NCBI GenBank assembly: GCA_964618655.1
Contig: CAZUFG010000001.1
Location: forward strand, 1-58,896
Origin: an uncultured Candidatus Bathyarchaeia archaeon
GTDB lineage: Archaea > Thermoproteota > Bathyarchaeia > Bathyarchaeales > Bathyarchaeaceae
Reading direction: 5' to 3'
DNA: 58,896 bases
The stretch's first letter is position 1, and each line of letters begins with the position of its first letter. The translations under genes and the position numbers were made by a program. The notes below the pieces were generated by a model that was not told the origin of the DNA, made no database searches, and saw nothing but the letters and a program-made list of their open reading frames with translations. Below are positions 17,439 through 28,300 of this stretch, in pieces.

Positions 17439-19108
17439 CAAAAATGTCAGCTTCCAAAGAGAAAGCCAAATTTGCAGCTATAAGACTCAAACGGTTCCTT
17501 AATATCTTCCTACGCAACACCAAGGGAATAGCCGGATTAGCCATTCTTATCATATTCCTAGTGATGGCCGCAGGTGCCCCCTTCCTAACACCCTACGATC
17601 CCATCTTATCAGAAGGCCTAGCTGGAGGTACCGCGGCACCAACTTGGCTTAGATACTTCCCACCTGCACTAGGCGGACAACCTGATTTAAGCGAGAACAT
17701 GTGGGTTGTGAACGACCCTGGCTTCAAAAATCCTCCAGCAATTAATTCTAGCATGATCGGTGAATGGGGCTACACAAAGTCGCCAAACATTACTATTCAA
17801 TTCGACCCAAACGAAGGAGCAAGCACGCCGGGATGCCTAGATATAGCGTTTGAACGAAACGAAGTTGGAAAACTTTACGGAGATCATTCAATCTACATCT
17901 ACAAAGATTACGACTTCCCTTACTCAGGTATGCCAAAAAAATTCCAGGGGCGAATAGCATTCTTCGTGAACGGCACGGGATATCTTAGGACGCAAAGATT
18001 GTGGAACGAAACCGGATCAAATTGGTACTATGCAAATATTACCCTCTTCTATGTCCCCGTTAGGATAAACGTGATTTTTGAGCAGGTAGACACTGGACAA
18101 AAATGGACGATATGGCCAGTTCCACAAATATTTTACGTGCCAGGATTCATGGATAATCCGGAGACAGTCTCTATCGAGGTTGATGGAACGGTTTATAGGT
18201 ATATCGGATACTGGTGGATCGTGAGTAGCGATCTAGACAGCTTTAACGCTCCAATCTGTCAAGGGTTGTTTAGGGGCGTAAATCCAGCCCAGGCAATGTT
18301 TACTAAAAAACCGGGTAAATATAGATACGGCGTAGAGATAACCTTTCAAGACGAAAAGGACAAAAACAAACCAGTTTACTCAACAATCTACATCGACGAC
18401 ATAGACTTCAAAATTCTAGGCACAAGCTGGGGACTCATGGGAACAGACACCTACGGACGAGACCTATTCACACAACTCCTATATGGAACAAGCATATCTC
18501 TCTACGTCGGCGTACTCTCAGCAGTACTCGCCATAGTGATAGGATTAATTGTAGGTCTTGTGGCAGGCTATCTCGGTGGAATAGTAGATGAAGTCCTGAT
18601 GAGATTCAACGACATGCTCCTCGTACTGCCAGGATTGCCACTTCTAATAGTATTGGTGGCAGTTCTAGGCACAAAAATTGAGAACCTCATTATATTACTA
18701 GGCTTACTTGGATGGAATGGCTTCGCCAGAGTCGTAAGATCACAGGTCCTCTCCATAAAAGAAAGACCCTTCATCGAAGCTGCCAAAGCCGTTGGAGCGG
18801 GAAAAGGATACATCATAATAAGACATATAGTGCCAAACGTGATGAGCTTGACATACGTTTCACTGGCAACTACAGTACCAGGCAACGTCATGGCAGAAGC
18901 AGCTCTAAGTTTTCTTGGCTTCTATGACCCCTACAGAATGTCCTGGGGAAGAATGCTCTATGACGTTCAGTTTAGAGCCGGAGCAATCCAAAATTGGTGG
19001 TGGGTGGTTCCACCAGGACTTTGTATAGCATTGCTCGCCATCTCTTTCGTCCTACTTGGATACGCCCTCGATGAGGTACTCAATCCAAAACTTAGAATGA
19101 GACGATGA
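17435..19108 (+). CDS. Peptide ABC transporter permease (OppC/DppC-type) with a ~270-aa extracytoplasmic insertion after TM1
   Basis: 557-aa ORF. The conserved core starts at LMGTDTYGRDLFTQLLYG. Residues ~60-330 between TM1 and the core have no counterpart in ordinary ~300-aa OppC proteins. The start overlaps the OppB stop (GTGA). An alternative start is ATG 17444. Confidence 0.8.
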   Translation: MTKMSASKEKAKFAAIRLKRFLNIFLRNTKGIAGLAILIIFLVMAAGAPFLTPYDPILSEGLAGGTAAPTWLRYFPPALGGQPDLSENMWVVNDPGFKNPPAINSSMIGEWGYTKSPNITIQFDPNEGASTPGCLDIAFERNEVGKLYGDHSIYIYKDYDFPYSGMPKKFQGRIAFFVNGTGYLRTQRLWNETGSNWYYANITLFYVPVRINVIFEQVDTGQKWTIWPVPQIFYVPGFMDNPETVSIEVDGTVYRYIGYWWIVSSDLDSFNAPICQGLFRGVNPAQAMFTKKPGKYRYGVEITFQDEKDKNKPVYSTIYIDDIDFKILGTSWGLMGTDTYGRDLFTQLLYGTSISLYVGVLSAVLAIVIGLIVGLVAGYLGGIVDEVLMRFNDMLLVLPGLPLLIVLVAVLGTKIENLIILLGLLGWNGFARVVRSQVLSIKERPFIEAAKAVGAGKGYIIIRHIVPNVMSLTYVSLATTVPGNVMAEAALSFLGFYDPYRMSWGRMLYDVQFRAGAIQNWWWVVPPGLCIALLAISFVLLGYALDEVLNPKLRMRR

Positions 19109-19127
19109 TCTCTACGCACTAATCTAT

Positions 19128-19541
19128 TCAACGTACATGTTCAGACGAATCAACGATATTGGAAACAGTCTCATCTACATAAGCCCAAAATTCTCTCTCT
19201 AATTTTTCGTAGGCTTCTCTTGACTTCAAATCTCGAAGAACAAAAACGCCTGCCCCCATGAGTGTTGCGATAGGAGCCAACAATCTGAATGCAAGCGAAG
19301 GCTGGGCAGACGCAAATTCCACTACAAATTCATCCGGATTCCCAAAAATTTTTACACGTATACTTTCACGCTTACCGTTAGAACGAATCAATACTCCTAA
19401 AACATTGTAGCCATCCGCCAATTTCTCTTTTAAGGTTTTAAAACCCTTATTTAAAAAGAAACGTTCAACTTGATCACTTAATAAATCGAGATTTATGTTC
19501 TTCCCCGTCCACTTTGTTTGCATTTGGGACCCCCATTTCAT
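19128..19541 (-). CDS. Hypothetical protein on the opposite strand, between the permease and ATPase genes
   Basis: 137-aa ORF with no motif I recognise. It has one hydrophobic segment (LAFRLLAPIATLMGAGVFVL). Confidence 0.4.
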   Translation of the reverse strand: MKWGSQMQTKWTGKNINLDLLSDQVERFFLNKGFKTLKEKLADGYNVLGVLIRSNGKRESIRVKIFGNPDEFVVEFASAQPSLAFRLLAPIATLMGAGVFVLRDLKSREAYEKLEREFWAYVDETVSNIVDSSEHVR

Positions 19542-19678
19542 GAAAAGATAATTGAAGTATCAAAAAAATATTACGGTGAACAAACTCACAAAAACTTATA
19601 TCTATCACTCCCTATCTCACAATAATAAAATCTGCAGGCTGTGTAAATGACTCAAAACGATGTAGGAAGATCCATCAA

Positions 19679-20644
19679 ATGACCCTCCTAGACGTTCAAA
19701 ATTTAAGAACCTACTTCACTATACTTAGAGGAGCCGTCAAAGCTGTAGACGGAGTTTCTTTCCAAGTAGAGACAGGAGAAGCAGTAGGACTGGCAGGAGA
19801 ATCTGGATGTGGCAAAACTACTTGCGCGCTATCAATTCTTAGAATCTTGCCATGGAACGGCAAAATAATGGAAGGAAAGATACTCTTCGAGGGCGAAGAC
19901 CTTGTTAAACTTGACGACAGTGAAATAAGAGAAAGAATCAGGTGGAAAGGAATTTCGATAGTGTTTCAAGGAGCCATGAACGCAATGAACCCTGTTTACA
20001 AAGTTGGAGACCAAATAGTCGAATCTATCACACTCCATGAGCCGGATGTTGATAAAAGAGAGGCACTAGAAAGAACAGAAAAACTATTGGAGATGGTGGG
20101 AGTTGATCCTACTAGAGCAAACAACTATCCCCACGAGTTCAGTGGAGGAATGAAACAACGCGCCATGATAGCCATGGCTTTATCATGCAGCCCAAAACTT
20201 CTAATCGCAGATGAACCCGGCACAGCTCTCGACGTAATAGTAGCAGCACAAGTATTAAAACTTCTAAAAGAGTTAAAACGCAGACTAAACTTGGGAATGA
20301 TACTAATAACCCATGACCTATCGATCATAGCTGAAACATGCGAGAGAGCCGCTATCATGTACGCTGGAAAAATTGCAGAGTATGGAGACGTCGTAACAAT
20401 TTTTAAAGAACCATTACATCCATATACGCAACGCCTTATAGGGGCTTTCCCAAGCATCAAAGCTGCTAGGATCCGTATGGTCTCCATTCCAGGAGCCCCA
20501 CCAGATCTATTAAACCCGCCGAGTGGATGTAGATTTCATGAAAGGTGTCTATATGCCATGGATATATGCAGAAAAGAAGATCCCGCATTTCTGGACGTAG
20601 GAAAAGGGCATTATGTATCGTGTCATTTAGTTCAAAAGAAATAA
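19679..20644 (+). CDS. Peptide ABC transporter ATPase (OppD/DppD-type)
   Basis: Walker A GESGCGKTT, signature FSGGMKQRAMIA, Walker B LLIADEPGTALD and H-loop ITHDL. The C-terminal oligopeptide-type extension carries four Cys (PPSGCRFHERCLYAMDICRK...VSCHL). Confidence 0.9.
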   Translation: MTLLDVQNLRTYFTILRGAVKAVDGVSFQVETGEAVGLAGESGCGKTTCALSILRILPWNGKIMEGKILFEGEDLVKLDDSEIRERIRWKGISIVFQGAMNAMNPVYKVGDQIVESITLHEPDVDKREALERTEKLLEMVGVDPTRANNYPHEFSGGMKQRAMIAMALSCSPKLLIADEPGTALDVIVAAQVLKLLKELKRRLNLGMILITHDLSIIAETCERAAIMYAGKIAEYGDVVTIFKEPLHPYTQRLIGAFPSIKAARIRMVSIPGAPPDLLNPPSGCRFHERCLYAMDICRKEDPAFLDVGKGHYVSCHLVQKK

Positions 20645-20658
20645 GGAGAGAAGTTTTC

Positions 20659-21642
20659 ATGAAAGAAACTATAATAAAAGTTGAAGATTTAAAAAAGTGG
20701 TTTCCCGTAAGATTAGGGTTTTTTGAAACCATCTTTTCAAGAAAACAATTGTTCGTAAGAGCCGTAGACCAAATCAGCTTCGACATAAAAAAAGGAGAAA
20801 TATTTGGTCTAGCAGGCGAAAGCGGCAGTGGAAAAACAACTACTGGAAGACTGTTACTTAGGTTAATCGAACCTACAAGTGGAACGATATACCTCCATGA
20901 TAAAGACATTACAAAAATTCCTGAAAAACAGTTTAAACGAATACGCAGCAAAATTCAGATAATATTCCAAGACCCGTACGAATCCCTAAACCCACGAATG
21001 ACTATCAGTGATATAGTATCAGAACCCTTGAGGGTTCAAGGATATCGCGGCGATGTAGAAAGTAGAGTAAGCAAAGTCCTCGAAGATGTGGAATTAATTC
21101 CTCCAGAAGAATTTCTTCTCAGATATCCACACGAGCTCAGCGGGGGGCAAAGGCAACGAGTCGCTGTAGCTAGAGCACTCATACTTGACCCTGAATTCAT
21201 AGTTGCAGACGAACCAGTATCTATGCTTGACGCTTCGATTAGAGCAGAGGTCTTAAACCTAATGATAGATCTAAGGGAAAAATATGACGTATCAATTTTG
21301 TATATAACTCACGATTTAGCTTTAGCCAGACACACATGCGACCGACTAGCAGTAATGTACCTAGGTAAGATAATGGAGAGAGGAGATGTAGAAGACATCG
21401 TGCAAGAACCCCTACATCCCTATACGAAAGCCTTAATGGTTGCAGTTCCGGTGCCCGATCCAACGTCAGCACGCATCGAGGTGGTAATAAAAGGAGAAAT
21501 TCCCAGCCCCATTAATCCGCCTTCCGGATGCAGATTCCACACACGTTGCCCACAATACATTGGAGATATATGCCGCACTAAGGAGCCCGCATTGATCGAA
21601 GTTGGAAAACGCCGATCTGTAGCGTGCCACTTATACTCCTGA
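20659..21642 (+). CDS. Peptide ABC transporter ATPase (OppF/DppF-type)
   Basis: Walker A GESGSGKTT, signature LSGGQRQRVAVA, Walker B FIVADEPVSMLD. C-terminus: PPSGCRFHTRCPQYIGDICR...VACHL. I place the start at ATG 20659 (MKETIIKVEDL), preceded by AGGAGAG, rather than at the track start 20545, which overlaps OppD. Confidence 0.9.
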   Translation: MKETIIKVEDLKKWFPVRLGFFETIFSRKQLFVRAVDQISFDIKKGEIFGLAGESGSGKTTTGRLLLRLIEPTSGTIYLHDKDITKIPEKQFKRIRSKIQIIFQDPYESLNPRMTISDIVSEPLRVQGYRGDVESRVSKVLEDVELIPPEEFLLRYPHELSGGQRQRVAVARALILDPEFIVADEPVSMLDASIRAEVLNLMIDLREKYDVSILYITHDLALARHTCDRLAVMYLGKIMERGDVEDIVQEPLHPYTKALMVAVPVPDPTSARIEVVIKGEIPSPINPPSGCRFHTRCPQYIGDICRTKEPALIEVGKRRSVACHLYS

Positions 21643-21680
21643 TACGTTGCAAAATCCTTATAAAGTGGACAAAAGAACTT

Positions 21681-22418
21681 ATGGAGAAAACTGGAGCCAT
21701 GTATATGAAAATTGAAAAGTGGACTCCTACAATCGTACTTATGTTGATCGCTCTTATCTTCACGATTTTAAGCGTCTACTTGCCTTGGTGGAGCATTAGG
21801 ATGTCTCCGGAGTCAGAGATGGCCATGAACGGAACCGCTAGGGCGGATTATGGACTTCTACAAGTTGTGACCGCAAGCAGAACCATAAGAAACGACACGC
21901 AACTAACATCCATGCCTATTGCCAATCTAACAAAAAGCCAAGAAGACTTGAATGCAATCGCCTCAGTGTTTAATTCCACATTCGCACTTATGGTAGCTGG
22001 TTTAGTGCTGTCACTTGTCTCACTAGTATTGGTGATAATTTCAATTCGAGGAAAGCCGATGCAACGATTTGCCACTCTGGTAACATCACTTGCAGCACTT
22101 CTACTTTTTATAACACCTCTCTACATTTCAGGTATGTTACCAACGGTCGCCACCAAACTTACTTCTGTAATCCCTTCAACATTGGTTCCTGATAACCCTC
22201 CCTCTTGGTTAAATCAAACCCTTTTGGTTAAACCAAAAGACATCACCGGTTTTTGGGGATCTACAAAAATACCAAGTTCATCAGAGTTCCCAGCATGGGC
22301 GCGCGATGGAAACTTTTGGATGTGGGGTCCAGCAAGTGGATGGTTTCTGGTCTTCACCGCTTCACTGTTTCTTTTTATAGCTGCCGCATTGATTAGTAAA
22401 ATTTTCGTTAAGGAGTAA
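21681..22418 (+). CDS. Multi-pass membrane protein of unknown function
   Basis: ORF track 21624-22418. I prefer an internal ATG (21681, 21699 or 21705) that clears the OppF stop. There are four or more hydrophobic helices. Confidence 0.5.
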   Translation: MEKTGAMYMKIEKWTPTIVLMLIALIFTILSVYLPWWSIRMSPESEMAMNGTARADYGLLQVVTASRTIRNDTQLTSMPIANLTKSQEDLNAIASVFNSTFALMVAGLVLSLVSLVLVIISIRGKPMQRFATLVTSLAALLLFITPLYISGMLPTVATKLTSVIPSTLVPDNPPSWLNQTLLVKPKDITGFWGSTKIPSSSEFPAWARDGNFWMWGPASGWFLVFTASLFLFIAAALISKIFVKE

Positions 22419-22471
22419 AGCCTTAAATATCGTCAAATTTCATAGCATACAAAACTCATGAGGAATGAGGG

Positions 22472-23656
22472 ATGAAGGAAGAAAAGCCGACTAAAGCCTT
22501 TCTCTTATCTTGTCTAGGCGCCGTCCTAATTTTAATTAATGAATTAATTATTGCACTGAATGGGGCGCCTGTGATTGTTTCTTCAGGTTCAATCGCTCCT
22601 GAACAGGTTCTGTCAAGCGAAGCCCCTCTTTGGTGGCGAATATCATTTGGGTTTCGAGGATTCGTTGAAGGAGCATTAATAATTTTATGGCTTATATTCG
22701 CTGCGATCGTTTTGTTTAGTGCTTTAATGTTCTACATAAGACCGATAAAGCGGAAAACTCTTGGAACACTAATAATAGTATTCTCTATCCTAAGCATTCC
22801 TGCCGGCGGTGGATTCATTATAGGCCTAATTCTAGCGATTTTTGGAGGTGGAATGATGTACGAATGGCCTAAACCCGCCAGACAAACCTTCCTTGGCAAA
22901 TTTGTCAGAGTTGCCAGACTGGATTCAAAAGTTTATAGTTCACTCATTGAGGAACTCAAAGCTCTAAAACAAGCGGCGTTCACTATAATTCTCGTTAACA
23001 TCCTAAGCGGGTTAGGAATAGGGTGGTACTCCTTTAACGCTGGAAAAATATTGGACGCTACAACTCCCATCAGCACATCCATGAGAATTACACTATTTGG
23101 CGACATACTCTGGGATCAGCAAATACTCGTACTCCCAATAACATTTGTTGGCATCGCAGTGATTAAATGGATCATTCTTTCAGGAATAATGTATATCATT
23201 GGCGTGAAGATTATTGGCTCTAAAAGTGAATTCGAAAAAATAGGCCGGGTGATCGCCTTCGCCTACGTGCCCATTTCGCTGCAATTTTTTATGCCATTCA
23301 TGTTTACAAGTAAGCCTAATCTAGCGGGTTGGCCTCTTGTCCTATTTTCGGTAACGAATCTTTGGATGATTCTGGCACTGGTGATAGGCCTCAAACAGTG
23401 TTTAGATGTTTCTCTAGGCAAGTCTCTCGGAGCCGTATTCATAGGAGGGTCTATCTACTGGCTGACAAACCAGCTTGTTTTTGTAAAAGCGTTTGGAACG
23501 CCAAGCGGCACATCATCATCGGCGTTACCGATCTTCCCTGTTCCTCAGCTACCAGGCGCCATTCAATTTTCAATAGAGCCGCCGGAGCTAGTATTCATGT
23601 TCATATCTGTCATAATCATTTTTGCAGTCTTGCTTGGAGTATTTACGAAACACTAG
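22472..23656 (+). CDS. Multi-pass membrane protein of unknown function (the C-terminal half is weakly Yip1-like)
   Basis: 394-aa ORF with at least 8 hydrophobic segments. The family assignment is not secure. Confidence 0.5.
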   Translation: MKEEKPTKAFLLSCLGAVLILINELIIALNGAPVIVSSGSIAPEQVLSSEAPLWWRISFGFRGFVEGALIILWLIFAAIVLFSALMFYIRPIKRKTLGTLIIVFSILSIPAGGGFIIGLILAIFGGGMMYEWPKPARQTFLGKFVRVARLDSKVYSSLIEELKALKQAAFTIILVNILSGLGIGWYSFNAGKILDATTPISTSMRITLFGDILWDQQILVLPITFVGIAVIKWIILSGIMYIIGVKIIGSKSEFEKIGRVIAFAYVPISLQFFMPFMFTSKPNLAGWPLVLFSVTNLWMILALVIGLKQCLDVSLGKSLGAVFIGGSIYWLTNQLVFVKAFGTPSGTSSSALPIFPVPQLPGAIQFSIEPPELVFMFISVIIIFAVLLGVFTKH

Positions 23657-23678
23657 CCTAAGATAACCGTCAGGTTAG

Positions 23679-23915
23679 TTAGCCCTGTTCTCTCTTCTGT
23701 TTCTCCTCTTTACGCTTGTGGACAACCCAGTCTCTATAGCCCGCGGCGACTCCCCAACCAACGATTAGCAGGATTGTGGCTACGAGTTTTAGTTCGGGTG
23801 GGAAATACGTAATCATCCATATCACCACCAACGGCATGACCAGTATCAAGATTAAAGCAAGTATTATATACCATAGCCACTTTTCCTTGAGGATCGAGGC
23901 CAACTTCTTTCCCAA
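23679..23915 (-). CDS. Small two-TM membrane protein
   Basis: 78-aa ORF with two hydrophobic helices and a basic C-terminal tail (HKRKEEKQKREQG). Confidence 0.4.
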   Translation of the reverse strand: MGKKLASILKEKWLWYIILALILILVMPLVVIWMITYFPPELKLVATILLIVGWGVAAGYRDWVVHKRKEEKQKREQG

Positions 23916-24534
23916 TCAATTACTCCAAAAATCAGTATAAAATTCTTTTGGATGTTATTTCTGTCTGCATACTACTGTCATCTTTATACATCTAGTTATT
24001 TTTATTACGAAAACAGCGATAAAGGAGACACAAAACTATTGCACAAACGTTGAAATATAACCGCGATACTCAGTCTTCAATAACCATTGACTTAGTCGCA
24101 GAATGGAGAACAATTTAAATGATTCAAGTTTAAAAATCCCTGAGAATGAGACCGAAGAATCACCTCTCCAAAATTCATAGAAAAGAAACCGTCTCATCAT
24201 CTCATCTATCGGACATAGCAGTGACAAGCGGAATCATTGGTTAGATCAACATTTAGCTTTTAGGTGTAAGCAAAGGATAGTTGCCCTGTTATTGAGATTA
24301 AGGATTTACTATTTTCGATTTCAGGATTTTTAATCATGCATGTAGAAGGGGCATACAGTTAACATTGCTACCATTAATATTGGAGCATAATCAGCAAGAG
24401 GGTTGTGAAAGCCTTTTTTTATTAGACCCAATGTGAACCGCCAGCTTTTGGTACATGTGTACAGAAAACCTGAATGCGTGTTTTTAGTTTCTAAAGGTTT
24501 ATAGGAAACGCCAGTTTTATTCATATGAAGAAAA

Positions 24535-25185
24535 ATGAAGAAGTGGGTATTTGCCTTCGGACTGATTCTCATACTTGTAGGGATTATTATGGTGTCCCGC
24601 TATAACATAAACAACAAGAGAATCGTTCCAACTCAGGTTAAAGTTAAAGGTGTTAACGATCAACCAAGCGTCTCGAGCGAGTTTATAGCGGGAGATACAA
24701 TATTTCTGGAGATCAGAGTAGGCCGTGATTGGCCGTTCGGGTATTTTGAAGATCCCGGCATTTTATACGTATTTATTGACTTCGTTGACCCAAGGGGTAA
24801 CGTAACAAAATTCGATATGGAATACGGGCTGACTGAGACAGAGGGGAATATATATGAGTGGTTTCTTAATGTCACGCAAAACGAAGGTGGTTTGCTCGTG
24901 CCAACTCCATTTCTTGAAGAGAGAGTGATAGGTGGAGTTGTTCTATTTAACGGCACATACACCGCAACCGTAAAGGTAGAGGATATTTGGCCCCCAAGAG
25001 AAGACCCGCCAAGTTCTCTCACACTTTATAAAACTGAAATAAAAATAATAACGGAGTATCCTTACATTGCTCTTCTTCCCATAGGAGTTAGTCTAATAGT
25101 GGTCGGAGGAGCTGTATCACTGTTTGGGCTGAAGAGCGGAAAGAGTAAAAAGCTAGTTAAGAAAAGGGTTCATGTGTTATCTTAG
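24535..25185 (+). CDS. Bitopic membrane protein with an extracytoplasmic beta-rich domain
   Basis: 216-aa ORF. N-terminal TM: WVFAFGLILILVGIIMV. C-terminal TM plus basic tail: IALLPIGVSLIVVGGAVSLFGL then KSGKSKKLVKKR. A TATA-like GGTTTATAGG lies about 30 nt upstream. Confidence 0.5.
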   Translation: MKKWVFAFGLILILVGIIMVSRYNINNKRIVPTQVKVKGVNDQPSVSSEFIAGDTIFLEIRVGRDWPFGYFEDPGILYVFIDFVDPRGNVTKFDMEYGLTETEGNIYEWFLNVTQNEGGLLVPTPFLEERVIGGVVLFNGTYTATVKVEDIWPPREDPPSSLTLYKTEIKIITEYPYIALLPIGVSLIVVGGAVSLFGLKSGKSKKLVKKRVHVLS

Positions 25186-25339
25186 AAAAGCGCAGAAGCT
25201 TTACTTCCGGCGTAGAAAATACTCAAGATATTTAACCTAATAAATTTTTTAAGCTCTGTCTAATTTTATGTTAAGAAATCGGGACAACACTTATTCTCAA
25301 ACTATTGTCGGTATTTGATTGACTTTTACTCCTCTCTAT

Positions 25340-25358
25340 AAAAAGGGGAAAGGAGGGG
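25340..25358 (-). terminator. Pyrimidine/oligo-T tract 3' of the S8 protease gene
   Basis: The minus strand reads CCCCTCCTTTCCCCTTTTT immediately after stop codon TAG (25359-25361). Confidence 0.45.
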
Positions 25359-28300
25359 CTAGTACTTATTTCCGAAGTTGTTTGCGATTAGGATGAAGTC
25401 AAGAATGTTTATTTTGTTGTCTCTGTTGATATCGGCTAGTGAATTCCATTTTGGATGGCTTGGGTAAGAGCCGAAAGCAGATGAGGCTAAAATACAGTCT
25501 AATATGTTAACGGTTTTGTCATTGTTCACATCGCCTACCATTTTGAGTTTAACATAACCATCAATGAAGACATTATTATCTTGATCAGTTTCTCCAGGAA
25601 CAACGCTGGCTTCAGCCCACATTGTGTAATTGACGTAAAGTTGCAGACCTGTAGTGTTCCAACAGAATGTTAAAGTCATCTCTTCGCCAGTATGTAGATC
25701 AAAAACGGTTTTTGTTTCTATAGGTGTGCTCTCGTAGTAGGCGGTGACGGTGAAGGTTTCAGTTGAGTTCCCGACGTTTTTAGCCGTAACATTGATAGAA
25801 ATCATCCAGCCTGCGTAAGCTTCTGTTACGGATGGAACAACGCTAATTACCGCCACATCACGCATTAACGGAATAGTCATTGCAACCTCCGCTAAACCGT
25901 CAAGGGAACTGTGGGAAATGATCTCCCCCTCTGGATCCGCGAGTATCGTTTCACAGAGGTCTAATATGGAGTTACCTAATTCTCTAGCTTTGAATTGGAC
26001 TGTCACCAATATCCCGCTTCCAGTTTTCCCCGTTTCATTGCCTACATAATTGAACAACGAGAATGCAAAGTGTATACAACCATGTGTAGCATTGTATGCG
26101 TTGTTAGTCTCATTTATCCACACGTATATGTTGCGCGGATCAATTTCAGGCGTCAGAAAGTGTCCTGCTGGAAGCGTAACGCCACGTCCTTCTAAGATGT
26201 CGTTTTTATAAAACAGCTTGAACTCATATCCATAGAGATCTGAGACATCAGTGACTGTTATGTTTATCGTGAAGACTTCATCACGTATTACTATGCTTTG
26301 TATAGGGTCTATAGAAATGTATGTTCCTGTTACGGTGAACACCTGAACACTCATCATCACAACATTGTTTTTTGTGATAGCCTCGTCGTGAACTGGAGGT
26401 GCGTAAGCTGTCACGTTATATATGCCTTCAACTGTTGGGGTCCATAGATAGTTTAGCACATAGGAGGAATTGACTAACAATTCGGGAATCATTGCAGAGG
26501 CAACAATGCTACCATTAATTAGTAGATACAATTCTAAACCGGTTTCGTTACTTAGCCCATCGTTATAAACCGTTGCTTTAAGAATTGTCGGGGTGTTAGG
26601 CTTAAGACGTGGAGGCGCCCTCAATGAAACCACGAGCTCGTGTTCGTATCGAACGGGAGGAGGACGATATAGGATAACCCATTCGATCATATTTGTTAGA
26701 AGCTTCTCGGCTCCTATTCTGTCTTCATAGTAAAGGTGCCAGTCTGGGTCTTGTTGGGTTATTACGATCCGTCCACTGCCATATGTGGTTGCTAGCGTAA
26801 TCGGCGCTGAGATTTCTATACCCCATGCCAATGCCTTCCAAACATGGTGGACAAAGAATCCGTGGTAGGACATGCCCCAATTGCTAAGTTGAGCGTCGGT
26901 CAAACTGAACATAACAGGGTGGGTCGGGTCGAGAATCTGAACATTGTTTCCAGCAAATCCGTACGAGTTAACCCATAACGGGAGCCAATCCCACCTATTG
27001 CTCTCATAGAACTCCGAGAGGGCAACAATTCCGTTGCCAGCAGCCACCCAATCTGCTATCTCTGATGCACGGGCAAGCAACGCATCAACCACAGCGTCTC
27101 CTGGGCTCCATCCAACGAACAAAACGTTATACTGATACAGGTCAACTGTGGCAAATTCAGCTGGCGTGACTAAAGTATAGTTGTATCCCAACATGTCGAG
27201 GGCACCAGTATCCTCAGGCCAAGGCGTATCGACCACTAAGAGTCTTGGCGGATAGCGAACATGCACCATCTCGCTTACAACATTATTTGCTGTGTAGGTT
27301 TCGTTAAGTACCGAAGGTGCATATGCTGTAACATTGTATGTTCCCCCTATTGTTGGAGTCCACAGACAACTGAATGTAAAAGACTGCCCAGTTAACAAAT
27401 CTGGAACTATCACAGAGTTAAGGACGGTGCTATTAATCATCAACTGCAACTCCACGTTGGTTTCGTTGTTTAGTCCTTGGTTGTGAACAGTCGCATTAAG
27501 CATAACTGAAGTATCAGGCTCCAAGAATGCTGGAGCCTCTAGAGTCAAAGCAAGGTCATGCTGATATCGAATGTATGGTGTAGCCCATTCGATCATGTTT
27601 TTTAAAAGCTTCCCGGCTCCAAGTACATCGTTGTAGTAAAAGTGAAAGTCTGGGTCTTGATCAGTTATCACAATTCGTCCACTGCCGTACGTTGCCGCCA
27701 ACGTGATGGAGTAGCCAGCTTCTATTCCCTGAGCCAACGCCGTCCAATCTGCATGATAGCTGTAGAAGTAGCCATGATATGAGAACGACCAATAGCTAAG
27801 TTCAGCGTCGGTCAGATTGAACAGCACAGGGTGGGTTGGATCGAGAATGTGAACATTGTCTCCAGTATATCCGTACGAGTTAACCCATAACGGGAGCCAT
27901 GCCCACCTATTGCTCTCGTAGAACTCTGACAGGGCAACAATTCCGTTGCCAGCAGCCACCCAACCTGCGATTTCCGATGCGCGGGCAACCAACGCATTGA
28001 CTACATCATCTCCTGGCGTCCAACCAACGAATAGGATGTTAAACCTGTAAAGGTCGACTGTAGCGAATTCAGTTGGTGAGACTAATGTGTATTCGTATCC
28101 TAATCTATCAAGAACACCTGTGTCCTCAGGCACCGGAGTATCGATAACTAAGAGTTTTGGTGCACATCGGACACGCACCATCTGGGTTGCCACATTATTC
28201 TCCATGACCTCTTCACCAGGCACTGGAGGTGCATAGGCTGTCACGTTGTATGTTCCTTCAACAGTTGGGACCCAAAGATAGCTTAGCCTATAAGACTCTC

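Noticed and set aside
20545-20658. N-terminal extension of the OppF-type ORF overlapping OppD by 100 nt
   Set aside because: The extension encodes an Arg/Ser-rich peptide with no family match. ATG 20659 has an AGGAGAG SD and gives a canonical ABC ATPase N-terminus.
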